DNA of 64,000 bases from Naegleria gruberi (Eukaryota). This document shows, piece by piece, positions 44,307 to 53,496 of this stretch. Each line of letters begins with the position of its first letter. Positions within the stretch are counted from its first letter, which is position 1. The stretch lies in the NCBI GenBank assembly GCA_000004985.1, contig GG738916.1. The stretch is one strand, 5' to 3'. The notes beneath the pieces are model-generated. The model saw nothing but the letters and a program-made list of their open reading frames with translations, did no database searches and was not told the origin of the DNA. A program made the position numbers and the translations under genes.

Positions 44307-44603
44307 ATATGCTATTTGTTTTTAATTCCAACTTTATTGTTCATGTTTTACCATCAAACATGTTTGAAATTGACGTTAATCTGGTGATGAGCCTGTTGTG
44401 TGTCATAATTATCGCACGATGAGACTACCCCTGTTGTGTTGCCAAAAGTTGTTCTGGTGATTCTGTTGAAAATAAAAGTCCTAAATTGAGAATTGGTTTA
44501 TTATCTCATGCAATAAAATCTATCTCTTTTGAAATAATAAAGACAAAGAAAACTTTGGTTGACCAAGAGAAAAAAATCTTGTTTTTGAGATTGTTTGAAA
44601 CAA

Positions 44604-47600
44604 CTACATGTTGTACTCCTTAAGAGCTTTTTCACTACTTGCTAATGCACTCGAAACACCTTTGACAAATTGAAGTGCAATTGTAATATATGGACTAAGG
44701 AAAGATAACAATACTATAATAATGATCAAAAGTAGTGCAACACCAATGATTACTAAAACTGTTACCACTTGTTGAAGCGTAATTCCAGAAAATATTTTTG
44801 GAAAATAAATCACTGCCCATTCTATAAATTCAACAAATGTTGTCCACAAATTGAGAATAAAGTTAATAAACTTCTCTGCATTGCTAATCAAAAAGTTCAG
44901 AATTTTCTCCATTAATTTTGGAATGGAGCTGAAAATATCTGCAATGTTTGGAATAACTCCTCCAAAAAGGTCAATAAAACCAGTTCCTAAGGATTCAATA
45001 ACATTACCAATTGAACTACCTATAGATGCTGCACCAGATGCCATATCACCAATTAAATCCCAACCTTCCACAAGAACATCCCAAAAAGAGGCACCTCTAC
45101 GTGAGTCACCACAATTCTTGTCAGGAACAACACTACTACAATCATAATCCATATAACCCTGATAACATTTACATGTATCAACTGCTATACAATCACCATG
45201 TCCAGAACATACTTCTTTCTTGTCTCCTGAAATATCGAAACATTTTGGAAAGCCACACATGAAACCACCCCAATTCGGTTGACAGATACACTTATTTGGT
45301 CCCAAACACAATCCACGACCACTACACACAGCTCCTTCTACATTAATGTGAGTGGATAAAATGCTATTACAACTTAAAGTGCCACAGAATGCATCTCCAT
45401 AACCAGAAAAACATTCACACTTATCAAAATCGACACAAACACCACTTGAATTGCACACGTTTGGATCTGTGGCAACAATTCCATTACATGTTGGTGTTGC
45501 ACATAATTTTCCACCCCATGAATTGCAACTACATTCATCATTCTCAATACAAATACCCCTCGAGTTACATACTGTTGGATCTGTGGCCAAAGTTCCATTA
45601 CATGTTGGAACGGTACAGAATTCACCTCCCCAATCTCTATAACAATTACACTTATCTGGTGCAACACACACTCCAAAACCATTACAAACAGTTAGTTCAG
45701 TGGCCGATGTTCCATTACATGTTGGTGTTGAACATAATGGTCCAGTCCAACCTTTCTCACATTTGCATCGATTAAGATCAATACACTTTCCATTTCCACT
45801 ACATGCATTACTCTTTGCGATACACACTTCATTCTCATCAAATGCAAGAATTCCATTACATGATGGTATTGTACATAGTTTACCACCCCAACCTGAGAGA
45901 CATTTACATTGATTTGGACCAACACATACTCCCAATGAATTACACACATTTGAATCAGTTGCTAAAGTTCCATTACAAAATGGAATTTCACAAAATTGAC
46001 CTCCCCACATTTCATTACATTGACATTGATTTTCATTGACACATTTTCCTCTAGAGTTGCAAACTGCCTCATTGTTAGCCAATATACCTTGACATTTAGG
46101 TATTTCACATTGTTTACCACCCCAATTTAAATTACAATTGCATTGATTTGGACTAGTACATTCACCATGTCCACTACACACCAATGTATTATTGCTAACT
46201 ATAGTTCCATTACTATCAGTATTGGTAGTAGCATTGGTAGATAGAATATTATTACAAATTGGTGTGGAACAATCTTCACCTCCCCAACCAGTTAAACAGA
46301 TACAAAGATTGGCACCAATACAATCACCCTTTCTACTACAAACAGATATATTAGTGGAAATTATACCACTACATATTGGAGTTTCACATAATTGATCTGT
46401 CCAATTTGAGTCGCAAATGCATTCATTTGGTTGAACACATTTACCATTGCCATTACATGCTGTTTCATTGGTTGCCAAAACATCTCCACATATTGGAATT
46501 TCACAATATTGACCTGCCCAATTTGAATTACATAAACATTCGTCTGGACGAATGCAAAGACCATTTCCACTACACACCACTGTTTCATTGGTGGTTAAAG
46601 TTGAATTACTATCATTGGTAGCCTTAATACCATTACATATTGGAATTTCACAAAATGGACCTGTCCAATTTGAATTACAAATACATTCATTGGGTTGAAA
46701 ACATTCTCCATTACCATTGCATACATAAGGATCAGTTGCCAGTGTAGAGTTGCATTTTGGAGATTCACAATATTGTCCACCCCATGTAGAATTGCACTCA
46801 CAAACATCTGGACCAACACATGCACCATTACCACTACACACAAATTCATAAATGGCCAAAGTTCCATTACAAATTGGAATTTCACAAAGTTCTCCTGACC
46901 AACTTGAATTACATTCACAAATATTTGGACTCACACATTGACCGTTTCCACTACAAACCAAAACATCAGTTGCACTCGTACCATTGCAAAGTGGAGTTTG
47001 ACAGAATTGACCAGTCCAATTACTATTACATAAACATTGGTCTGGATTAATACATATACCATTAGTGTTACAAACTGATTCATTTGTGGCTAAAGTTCCA
47101 TTACAGATTGGAATTTCACACAAATAACCTCCCCATGTTGAATTACATTCACAGGTGTCTGGACTGACACAAATACCATTACCACTACAAACTGATAAAT
47201 CTGTACCAGCTGTTCCATTACAAAGTGGAGTTTGACAGAATTGACCAGTCCAATTGGTATTACAAATACATTCATCTGGTTGAATACATTCACCATTTCC
47301 ATTACATACATAAGGATCAGTTGCCAGTGTAGAGTTACATTTTGGAGATTCACAAAATTCTCCACCATATGTCGAATTACACTCACAAATATTTGGGCTA
47401 ATACAGTTACCATGTCCTTCACAAACAGATATATTATTTGCCAATATTCCATTACAAAATGGAATTTCACAATACTGTCCACCCCATTCTGAAGTACAAT
47501 TACATATATCTGGTTGAATACATGTACCATTGCCATTACAAACCAAAGTATCAGTTGCCATTGTTCCATTACAAATTGGAATTTCACAAAATTGGCCTGT

Positions 47601-50600
47601 CCAATTGGAATTGCAAAAACATTCATCTGGATTAATACAAATACCGTTGCTGTTGCACACTGTGTCATTGGTAGCTAACGTTCCATTACAAACTGGGACT
47701 TGACAAAATTGTCCACCCCATTCTGATGTACAAACACATTCATCTGGTTGAATACATATTCCATTGCCATTACATACAGTTTCGTTGGTGGCTTCAGTAC
47801 CATTACATATTGGAATTTCACAAAATTGACCTGTCCAATTGTAATTGCAAAGACATTCGTCAGGTTGAATACATGCTCCATTGTTGTTACAAACAAAAGG
47901 ATCAGTTGCGAGTGTAGAGTTGCATTTTGGAATTTCACATAAATCACCTCCCCATGTTGAATTGCAGTTACAAATATTTGGATTAATACATTCACCATTA
48001 CCACTACAAACTGATAAATCTGTACCAGCTGTACCATTACAAAGTGGTGTTTCACACAATTTACCAGTCCAATTTGTATTACAAATGCATTCATCTGGTT
48101 GAACACATTCGCCATTACCATTACAAACAGAATAGTTGTTAGCTAAAGTTCCATTACAAATTGGAATTTCACAAAATTCTCCACTATATGTCGAATTACA
48201 CTGACAAAGATTTGGACCAACACATGCACCGTTACCGCTACATACAGATTCGTTAGTGGCTTCTGTTCCATTACAAATTGGAATTTCACAAAATTGCCCA
48301 GTCCAATTGGAATTACATAAACATTCATCTGGGCGAATGCAAAGACCATTTCCACTACACGCCACTGTTTCATTGGTGGCTAATGTCGCATTGCTATCAT
48401 TGGTAGCTTTAATACCTCCACAGATTGGAATTTCACAATAAGGACCTGTCCAATTTGAATTACAAAAACATTCATCTGGCTGAATACATTCTCCATTACC
48501 ATTACAAACAAAAGGATCAGTTGCATTTGTTCCATTACATACTGGAATTTCACAAAATTGACCAGTCCAATTCGAGTTACATTCACAAATATTTGGACTA
48601 ATACATTTACCATGTCCTGCACAAACAGATGTATCATTAGCAAGAGTATCATTACATATTGGAATTTCACAAAATTCTCCACTCCAAGTTGAATTACATT
48701 CACAAACATCTGGACTAATACAAATACCATTACCACTACATACTGTTGAGTTTGCATCCTCTAGGGTTACATTACAGAGAGGAAATTGACAAAATGGACC
48801 ATAATACCCTGATTGACAATCGCAAGTGTCCAGTGAAGTACATATTCCATGAGAAGTACAAACTGTAGAATTTGTACTTTCAATTGAATTACAAGTTGTC
48901 ATATTACAATAAGTTCCAAAGTATCCACTTGTACAAACACAATTATCACTTGAAATGCACAATCCATGAGAATTGCAAACAGTAGTTTCATTTCCTGAAA
49001 TGTTAAAGCAAGTTGGAATTTCACATTGATATCCTGAATAGCCATCATTACATACACATGTATCGTTTGCAACACATGTTCCGTTTTGATTATTACAAAC
49101 CATTGAATCATTTCCCAATATTGAAAAACAAATTGGAATTTCACAATATTGACCTGTAAATCCTGATTCACAATCACAAGTTTCTGGGCTAGTGCAATTA
49201 CCAACACCATTACAAACACTTGAACTATTTGAAAGTGTATTGTTACAAATAGAAAGCTCACAACACACTCCAGCATATCCCTGACAAATACAAGGATCAT
49301 TAGTATCAATCAGAGCAAATGATGTTAAATGGGATGTTTCACAAATAACAGTACTAGAATTCACCATTTTAGTTCTTACACCATCAGATTTCCATGTATT
49401 TTCAATCCTATCCAAATACATACATGTTAAATTGGATGATTTGGTTATGTTTTGTGAGTGTAATGGAATGATCAAAGTGATTGGCTTGTTCAATTGTTTT
49501 ACAATAACTTCTTTACCACTATCACTCAGTAAAGAAACAGAAACTATAGCACTTTTAACTTTAGGTGTTATCTTATCAATATAAATTGATGAAAATAGAA
49601 TTAATGAGCTATCACTGTTCAATCCACTTGTTGAAATCAAATCACTACTCAATGTGGAAGGAAGTGAAATTTGAATACCCATATTAGTATTCGAATAACT
49701 ATAAGAAACATAAATATTCTTCGAATTTAAATCACCCAATTGATTTGCAACTTGATAATTGTAGGATGTGACATTTGTTGAAACAGCTATTGAACAATAA
49801 GATCCAATCCAACCGTAATTGCAAACACAAGTTTCTGGACTAGTACAATTTCCAACACCATTACAAACCTTCTTACTTGTAGCAAGTGTACCATTACAAA
49901 TTGGTGTTTGACAATATTGACCTCCCCAAGTTGAATTACATTTACATTCATTAAAACCATTACAGATACCATTGCCATTACAAACTGATTTTGAATTGGA
50001 TCGTGTTCCATTGCATGTATTCACACAACTCATAGCTCCATTGAAATCTTGTGTAAATTGAAGAGTTGTGCCACATTCAATGATCTTTCTAATCCTGTTA
50101 TTGGATGTGTCTGCAATTAATATTTCATTATTATTTGGAGAAACAAAAACACCTTTAGGAGAATTAAGTCGACTCGCAATTGACAAACCACCATCACCAC
50201 CAAATGATCCATCGCTACTACTTCCAGCAATGGTTGTAATAGTTCCATTCACAAATATCTTTCTAATTCGATGATTCAATGTGTCAGCAATGTAAATTTC
50301 ACCACTCTGTGAAACATGGACGCCATATGGTGAATTCAATTGAGAGTTTATAGCCAAGCCACCATCACCACCAAATGATGCTCGACCAGTTCCTGCTACT
50401 GTTGTAATCAGTCCGTTAACAAATATCTTTCTAATTCTATGGTTCAATGTATCAGCAATATAAATTTCACCATTCTGAGAAATATGAACACCATTTGGAG
50501 AGTTCAATGGTGAAAGAACAGCAAATCCACCGTCACCACCAAATGATGCTCTACCAGTTCCAGCAATAGTTGAAATTACACCATAACTATTAATCTTTCT

Positions 50601-51227
50601 GATTCTATGGTTCAATGTGTCAGCAATGTAAATTTCACCATTCTGAGAAATAGAGAGACCATTTGGTGAATTTAATTTTGCTCTACTAGCTAAACCACCA
50701 TCACCACTAAAACCATCACAATCAGAATGTTCATTACAGTTTTGCTTTCCAGAAACAATGGTCACCAAATAACTTGACAGAGAAACGGAAAGAATTCTAT
50801 GATTTAACACATCTGTCATGTATAATTCATTTCTAAATAAAACAGCCATGGTTGGTTTAAACTTGTTACCTGTTTGCATATTAATTGGTAATGTGAAAAT
50901 TGTACCATTCATAAATATTTTTCTAATTCTTCCATTTTGTGTATCGACAATAAGTGTTTCAGTGTAATTATTATTGTTGAGAGGTGAAATACTTATTGAA
51001 TAGGAGGGAGAATTTAATTGGGCATTGATAGCCAAACCACCATCTCCTTCCATACCTGCTGCTGCCATTAATCCACTTCCTGCAATTGTTGAAATATATG
51101 ATAATTTAGTGGTGGAACTTGTAGTTGCTGCTGTTGTTGTTGTGGAAAAGATTGTCATCATCATCAACAAGAATAATAACAGGACAATGTTGTTTGCGCT
51201 TCTCATTTCATCCAGAGCTCTCTTCAT
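44604..51227 (-). CDS. NHL-repeat/EGF-repeat giant surface protein, copy 3. It is intact (2207 aa, no gaps) and shows the full architecture. The domains in order are: signal peptide; six to seven NHL repeats (aa about 45-385); two EGF repeats; an about 165-aa domain ending in a GPS/GAIN-like motif (aa about 480-645); about 45 tenascin-type EGF repeats rich in N-glycosylation sequons; an about 120-aa Gly-rich amphipathic domain; a TM anchor; and an about 30-aa tail.
   Basis: It is a continuous ORF on the minus strand. The signal peptide is MKRALDEMRSANNIVLLLFLLMMMTIF. The GPS-like motif is TCMYLDRIENTWKSDGV...STVICETSHLTSFALI. The C-terminal TM is VVTVLVIIGVALLLIIIIVLL. Confidence 0.8.
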   Translation of the reverse strand: MKRALDEMRSANNIVLLLFLLMMMTIFSTTTTAATTSSTTKLSYISTIAGSGLMAAAGMEGDGGLAINAQLNSPSYSISISPLNNNNYTETLIVDTQNGRIRKIFMNGTIFTLPINMQTGNKFKPTMAVLFRNELYMTDVLNHRILSVSLSSYLVTIVSGKQNCNEHSDCDGFSGDGGLASRAKLNSPNGLSISQNGEIYIADTLNHRIRKINSYGVISTIAGTGRASFGGDGGFAVLSPLNSPNGVHISQNGEIYIADTLNHRIRKIFVNGLITTVAGTGRASFGGDGGLAINSQLNSPYGVHVSQSGEIYIADTLNHRIRKIFVNGTITTIAGSSSDGSFGGDGGLSIASRLNSPKGVFVSPNNNEILIADTSNNRIRKIIECGTTLQFTQDFNGAMSCVNTCNGTRSNSKSVCNGNGICNGFNECKCNSTWGGQYCQTPICNGTLATSKKVCNGVGNCTSPETCVCNYGWIGSYCSIAVSTNVTSYNYQVANQLGDLNSKNIYVSYSYSNTNMGIQISLPSTLSSDLISTSGLNSDSSLILFSSIYIDKITPKVKSAIVSVSLLSDSGKEVIVKQLNKPITLIIPLHSQNITKSSNLTCMYLDRIENTWKSDGVRTKMVNSSTVICETSHLTSFALIDTNDPCICQGYAGVCCELSICNNTLSNSSSVCNGVGNCTSPETCDCESGFTGQYCEIPICFSILGNDSMVCNNQNGTCVANDTCVCNDGYSGYQCEIPTCFNISGNETTVCNSHGLCISSDNCVCTSGYFGTYCNMTTCNSIESTNSTVCTSHGICTSLDTCDCQSGYYGPFCQFPLCNVTLEDANSTVCSGNGICISPDVCECNSTWSGEFCEIPICNDTLANDTSVCAGHGKCISPNICECNSNWTGQFCEIPVCNGTNATDPFVCNGNGECIQPDECFCNSNWTGPYCEIPICGGIKATNDSNATLATNETVACSGNGLCIRPDECLCNSNWTGQFCEIPICNGTEATNESVCSGNGACVGPNLCQCNSTYSGEFCEIPICNGTLANNYSVCNGNGECVQPDECICNTNWTGKLCETPLCNGTAGTDLSVCSGNGECINPNICNCNSTWGGDLCEIPKCNSTLATDPFVCNNNGACIQPDECLCNYNWTGQFCEIPICNGTEATNETVCNGNGICIQPDECVCTSEWGGQFCQVPVCNGTLATNDTVCNSNGICINPDECFCNSNWTGQFCEIPICNGTMATDTLVCNGNGTCIQPDICNCTSEWGGQYCEIPFCNGILANNISVCEGHGNCISPNICECNSTYGGEFCESPKCNSTLATDPYVCNGNGECIQPDECICNTNWTGQFCQTPLCNGTAGTDLSVCSGNGICVSPDTCECNSTWGGYLCEIPICNGTLATNESVCNTNGICINPDQCLCNSNWTGQFCQTPLCNGTSATDVLVCSGNGQCVSPNICECNSSWSGELCEIPICNGTLAIYEFVCSGNGACVGPDVCECNSTWGGQYCESPKCNSTLATDPYVCNGNGECFQPNECICNSNWTGPFCEIPICNGIKATNDSNSTLTTNETVVCSGNGLCIRPDECLCNSNWAGQYCEIPICGDVLATNETACNGNGKCVQPNECICDSNWTDQLCETPICSGIISTNISVCSRKGDCIGANLCICLTGWGGEDCSTPICNNILSTNATTNTDSNGTIVSNNTLVCSGHGECTSPNQCNCNLNWGGKQCEIPKCQGILANNEAVCNSRGKCVNENQCQCNEMWGGQFCEIPFCNGTLATDSNVCNSLGVCVGPNQCKCLSGWGGKLCTIPSCNGILAFDENEVCIAKSNACSGNGKCIDLNRCKCEKGWTGPLCSTPTCNGTSATELTVCNGFGVCVAPDKCNCYRDWGGEFCTVPTCNGTLATDPTVCNSRGICIENDECSCNSWGGKLCATPTCNGIVATDPNVCNSSGVCVDFDKCECFSGYGDAFCGTLSCNSILSTHINVEGAVCSGRGLCLGPNKCICQPNWGGFMCGFPKCFDISGDKKEVCSGHGDCIAVDTCKCYQGYMDYDCSSVVPDKNCGDSRRGASFWDVLVEGWDLIGDMASGAASIGSSIGNVIESLGTGFIDLFGGVIPNIADIFSSIPKLMEKILNFLISNAEKFINFILNLWTTFVEFIEWAVIYFPKIFSGITLQQVVTVLVIIGVALLLIIIIVLLSFLSPYITIALQFVKGVSSALASSEKALKEYNM

Positions 51228-51447
51228 TTTTTAACAGTCGGTTTTGGTAAACTCTTTCAAAAGTCATCGTTGTAATATTTTTTACATTTTTGTACGTTTT
51301 TGTGTATTTTGCCGAATCAAAAGAAAAATGGGGAAAATGGAGTTAAGGTTCAAAAAAAATAAGAGAGCATGTTGACAACTTGTTGTCCATCATTCTGTTG
51401 TTTTTCTAGAGAAAGTACCCACTATCAATCCATCGATAATAACACAA
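51228..51447. promoter_or_regulatory. Shared divergent intergenic region for the copy C gene pair (duplicate of 22366..22507). It contains the conserved element gcatgttgacaacttgttgtccatcattctg at 51367..51397.
   Basis: The sequence is identical to the copy A spacer. The conserved element is also retained at 2648..2678 upstream of the unpaired copy B. Confidence 0.4.
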
Positions 51448-53166
51448 TTGCCGATGAAATATTCTAAAATATTGCAAGTGAGTCAAGATATATTTTGCAA
51501 TGTAATTATTCCCTATTTTAATTCACATACTTTGATTGCTTTTGCTGGAGTTTGTTCCGAGTGGAGAAGAATTGTCAAAGAAAGTGATACTAGAGGAATC
51601 AAGTGTGTAAATGTAAAACATAAATCAGCAAGATACAGATTTGAATCATTAAATGATGAGGAGGAAATGAGTGGATTAATGAAAGGTGACCTCTTGCAAA
51701 TATTCTCACAAATGGAAATAAGAACTTTTCCAGAATTTGAGGAAACTATTTTTCTTAACAGATCTTTTTTTAAAAAGTTATTCAATTCAAAAAAATTGGA
51801 ATTATTGACATTACAAAATACTAATATTATTACAATTATTATTCCTGCTAAAGATATTTCACCAATTACAACACTGAAATTAATAAGTGTTCAAATGGAA
51901 GTTGAGAATTTAAGAACTATATGCACTAATTTACTAAATTTAACAGATCTAACATTAATTGATAATGGACTTGATTATAAGGCAACACTTGTATTGACCA
52001 AATCAAAGTTGACTCGTCTAACACATCTTACACTTCGTAATCGAATTGGAGATGAAGGTGTTAATCAAATATTGACTCAACCAGGAAATATTAGAACTTT
52101 GAAATATATTAACTTTGTTGCAATACCTCCAGAATCATCTCAAAAAGACAATATTTCATACATAGCACCAATTAATAGTTCAATTTTACCAAATCTTGAA
52201 TATTTTTCAATAGATTTGGAGATGTCGACAAAATCAATTATGAATGTGTTGAATAGTGGTAATTCATGGAGAGAATTGACCTTTCTTCACTCACATTTAA
52301 ATAGTGAATGTGTGAAACAAATTGGAAAAATTCATACACTCCAAAAACTTTGTTTTCAATCAAAATTGGAAGTAGATTTACCTTACAGATGTTTATTACC
52401 TCTTCAAAATAATCTCACTCATCTAGAAATTGGTCCTGTTGATAATAATACATTCTCTGAATTGAGTGAGGGTAACTTTCTTAATTTGAAATATTTATGC
52501 ATTCTAAATACAAAACAAGGAAATGAAATAGATGAATATGTAATACGAAAATTCTGTGAAAAAGTTCAAAATCTAACCTATTTAGAGTTAAGAAAAGTAG
52601 TAATGAAAAGTGGATGTATGAATCACATATCCCAACTTTCAAAAATAACTGATTTACGAATTATTCAAACACATATTGATAGTGAAGGAATGAAATATTT
52701 ATCAAGAATGAGTAACATGACAACATTATATTTAGGAAGTGAAATTACATTTGATGGTATTTCATATTTATGCAAGGGAAATTTACTAAATTTACACACT
52801 TTAAAGTTTACAAGAGTTCCTTCAGGCAAGTTCAAATATGACTCAAAGTTTACATCAAGTTTAGCTCATTCAAATTTTCCAAAATTAAGATATTTGAGTT
52901 TTTATTATGAATTTGATATTTATGCAACTGATATGTTACATTCTGGACCATCTCTGAAAAATTTGATACATTTAGAACTTTATTGGGTAGATTTAACAAT
53001 TACACCTATTTTAGTACCTATAGTCAATAATCTGGCACCTAAATATCTGACTGGAATTGGAGGTTTTGCAGCCCTTAAAGCAAAAGTCATATCACAATTA
53101 AGACAACCAACAAAAATCAACTATTTGATTGCATATACAGATATACGAATTGATGAATTTATTTAA
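51448..53166 (+). CDS. F-box-like/LRR protein, copy C. The start is probably MKYSKILQ at 51454.
   Basis: It is near-identical to copies A and B. It shares the C-terminus GIGGFAALKAKVISQLRQPTKINYLIAYTDIRIDEFI with copy A. Confidence 0.65.
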   Translation: MPMKYSKILQVSQDIFCNVIIPYFNSHTLIAFAGVCSEWRRIVKESDTRGIKCVNVKHKSARYRFESLNDEEEMSGLMKGDLLQIFSQMEIRTFPEFEETIFLNRSFFKKLFNSKKLELLTLQNTNIITIIIPAKDISPITTLKLISVQMEVENLRTICTNLLNLTDLTLIDNGLDYKATLVLTKSKLTRLTHLTLRNRIGDEGVNQILTQPGNIRTLKYINFVAIPPESSQKDNISYIAPINSSILPNLEYFSIDLEMSTKSIMNVLNSGNSWRELTFLHSHLNSECVKQIGKIHTLQKLCFQSKLEVDLPYRCLLPLQNNLTHLEIGPVDNNTFSELSEGNFLNLKYLCILNTKQGNEIDEYVIRKFCEKVQNLTYLELRKVVMKSGCMNHISQLSKITDLRIIQTHIDSEGMKYLSRMSNMTTLYLGSEITFDGISYLCKGNLLNLHTLKFTRVPSGKFKYDSKFTSSLAHSNFPKLRYLSFYYEFDIYATDMLHSGPSLKNLIHLELYWVDLTITPILVPIVNNLAPKYLTGIGGFAALKAKVISQLRQPTKINYLIAYTDIRIDEFI

Positions 53167-53231
53167 CAATTCTACAACTCTTGCTTCTAACACTCTAGAG
53201 AATATCATAAAATCAAGATATAACCCTAGTA

Positions 53232-53345
53232 CAAATTGCCATACCACAATCATTTCCAGTCCAACCAGCATTACAAGAACAAAGACACACATTTTCCGTG
53301 AGCATTGCATTGATTTGGGCACAACATAAGTTAGAACATCCAGGT
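53232..53345 (-). pseudogene. Degenerate fragment of an EGF-repeat gene (relic, about 110 bp) in the 3' flank of F-box/LRR copy C.
   Basis: The minus-strand sequence tgtgcccaaatcaatgcaatgctcacggaaaatgtgtgtc..tgttcttgtaatgctggttggactggaaatgattgtggtatggcaatttgtact matches 37381..37480 of the 34803..39244 gene (CPNQCSAHGKCVSPAICSCTAGWTGNDCGMAICT). It carries an 8-nt deletion and has no flanking ORF. Confidence 0.6.
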
Positions 53346-53496
53346 CCAAATGATTTTCAGAAACGGATGGATTTTGGTTATATAGAAACCCAACAGTTCT
53401 CTTTAAAATTTGACAACAATGTAATTGAGAAATATGCAGTAATGTAGTTTAACAAATCTGTCTGCAAAGTTTCCAACAAATATCACATTAAAGAAT

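Larger units (their letters stand above)
45345..53166. repeat. Right arm of the inverted segmental duplication. It comprises NHL-EGF copy 3 (except its divergent C-terminal 250 codons), the divergent promoter and F-box/LRR copy C.
   Basis: See the left arm. Divergence starts at about 45345 (copy 3) and about 28275 (copy 2). Confidence 0.75.

Noticed and set aside
45374-48757. Dozens of 60-190-aa ORFs on both strands inside the EGF-repeat regions (for example 26484..26804-, 26824..27147+, 36199..36528+, 36565..37149+, 45374..45682-, 46595..46918-, 47090..47668-, 48380..48757-)
   Set aside because: Cys-codon-rich (TGT/TGC) repeats have low stop density in alternate and antisense frames. The translations are low-complexity (VQIV, HQHVME...). 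They are duplicated only because the underlying DNA is duplicated.
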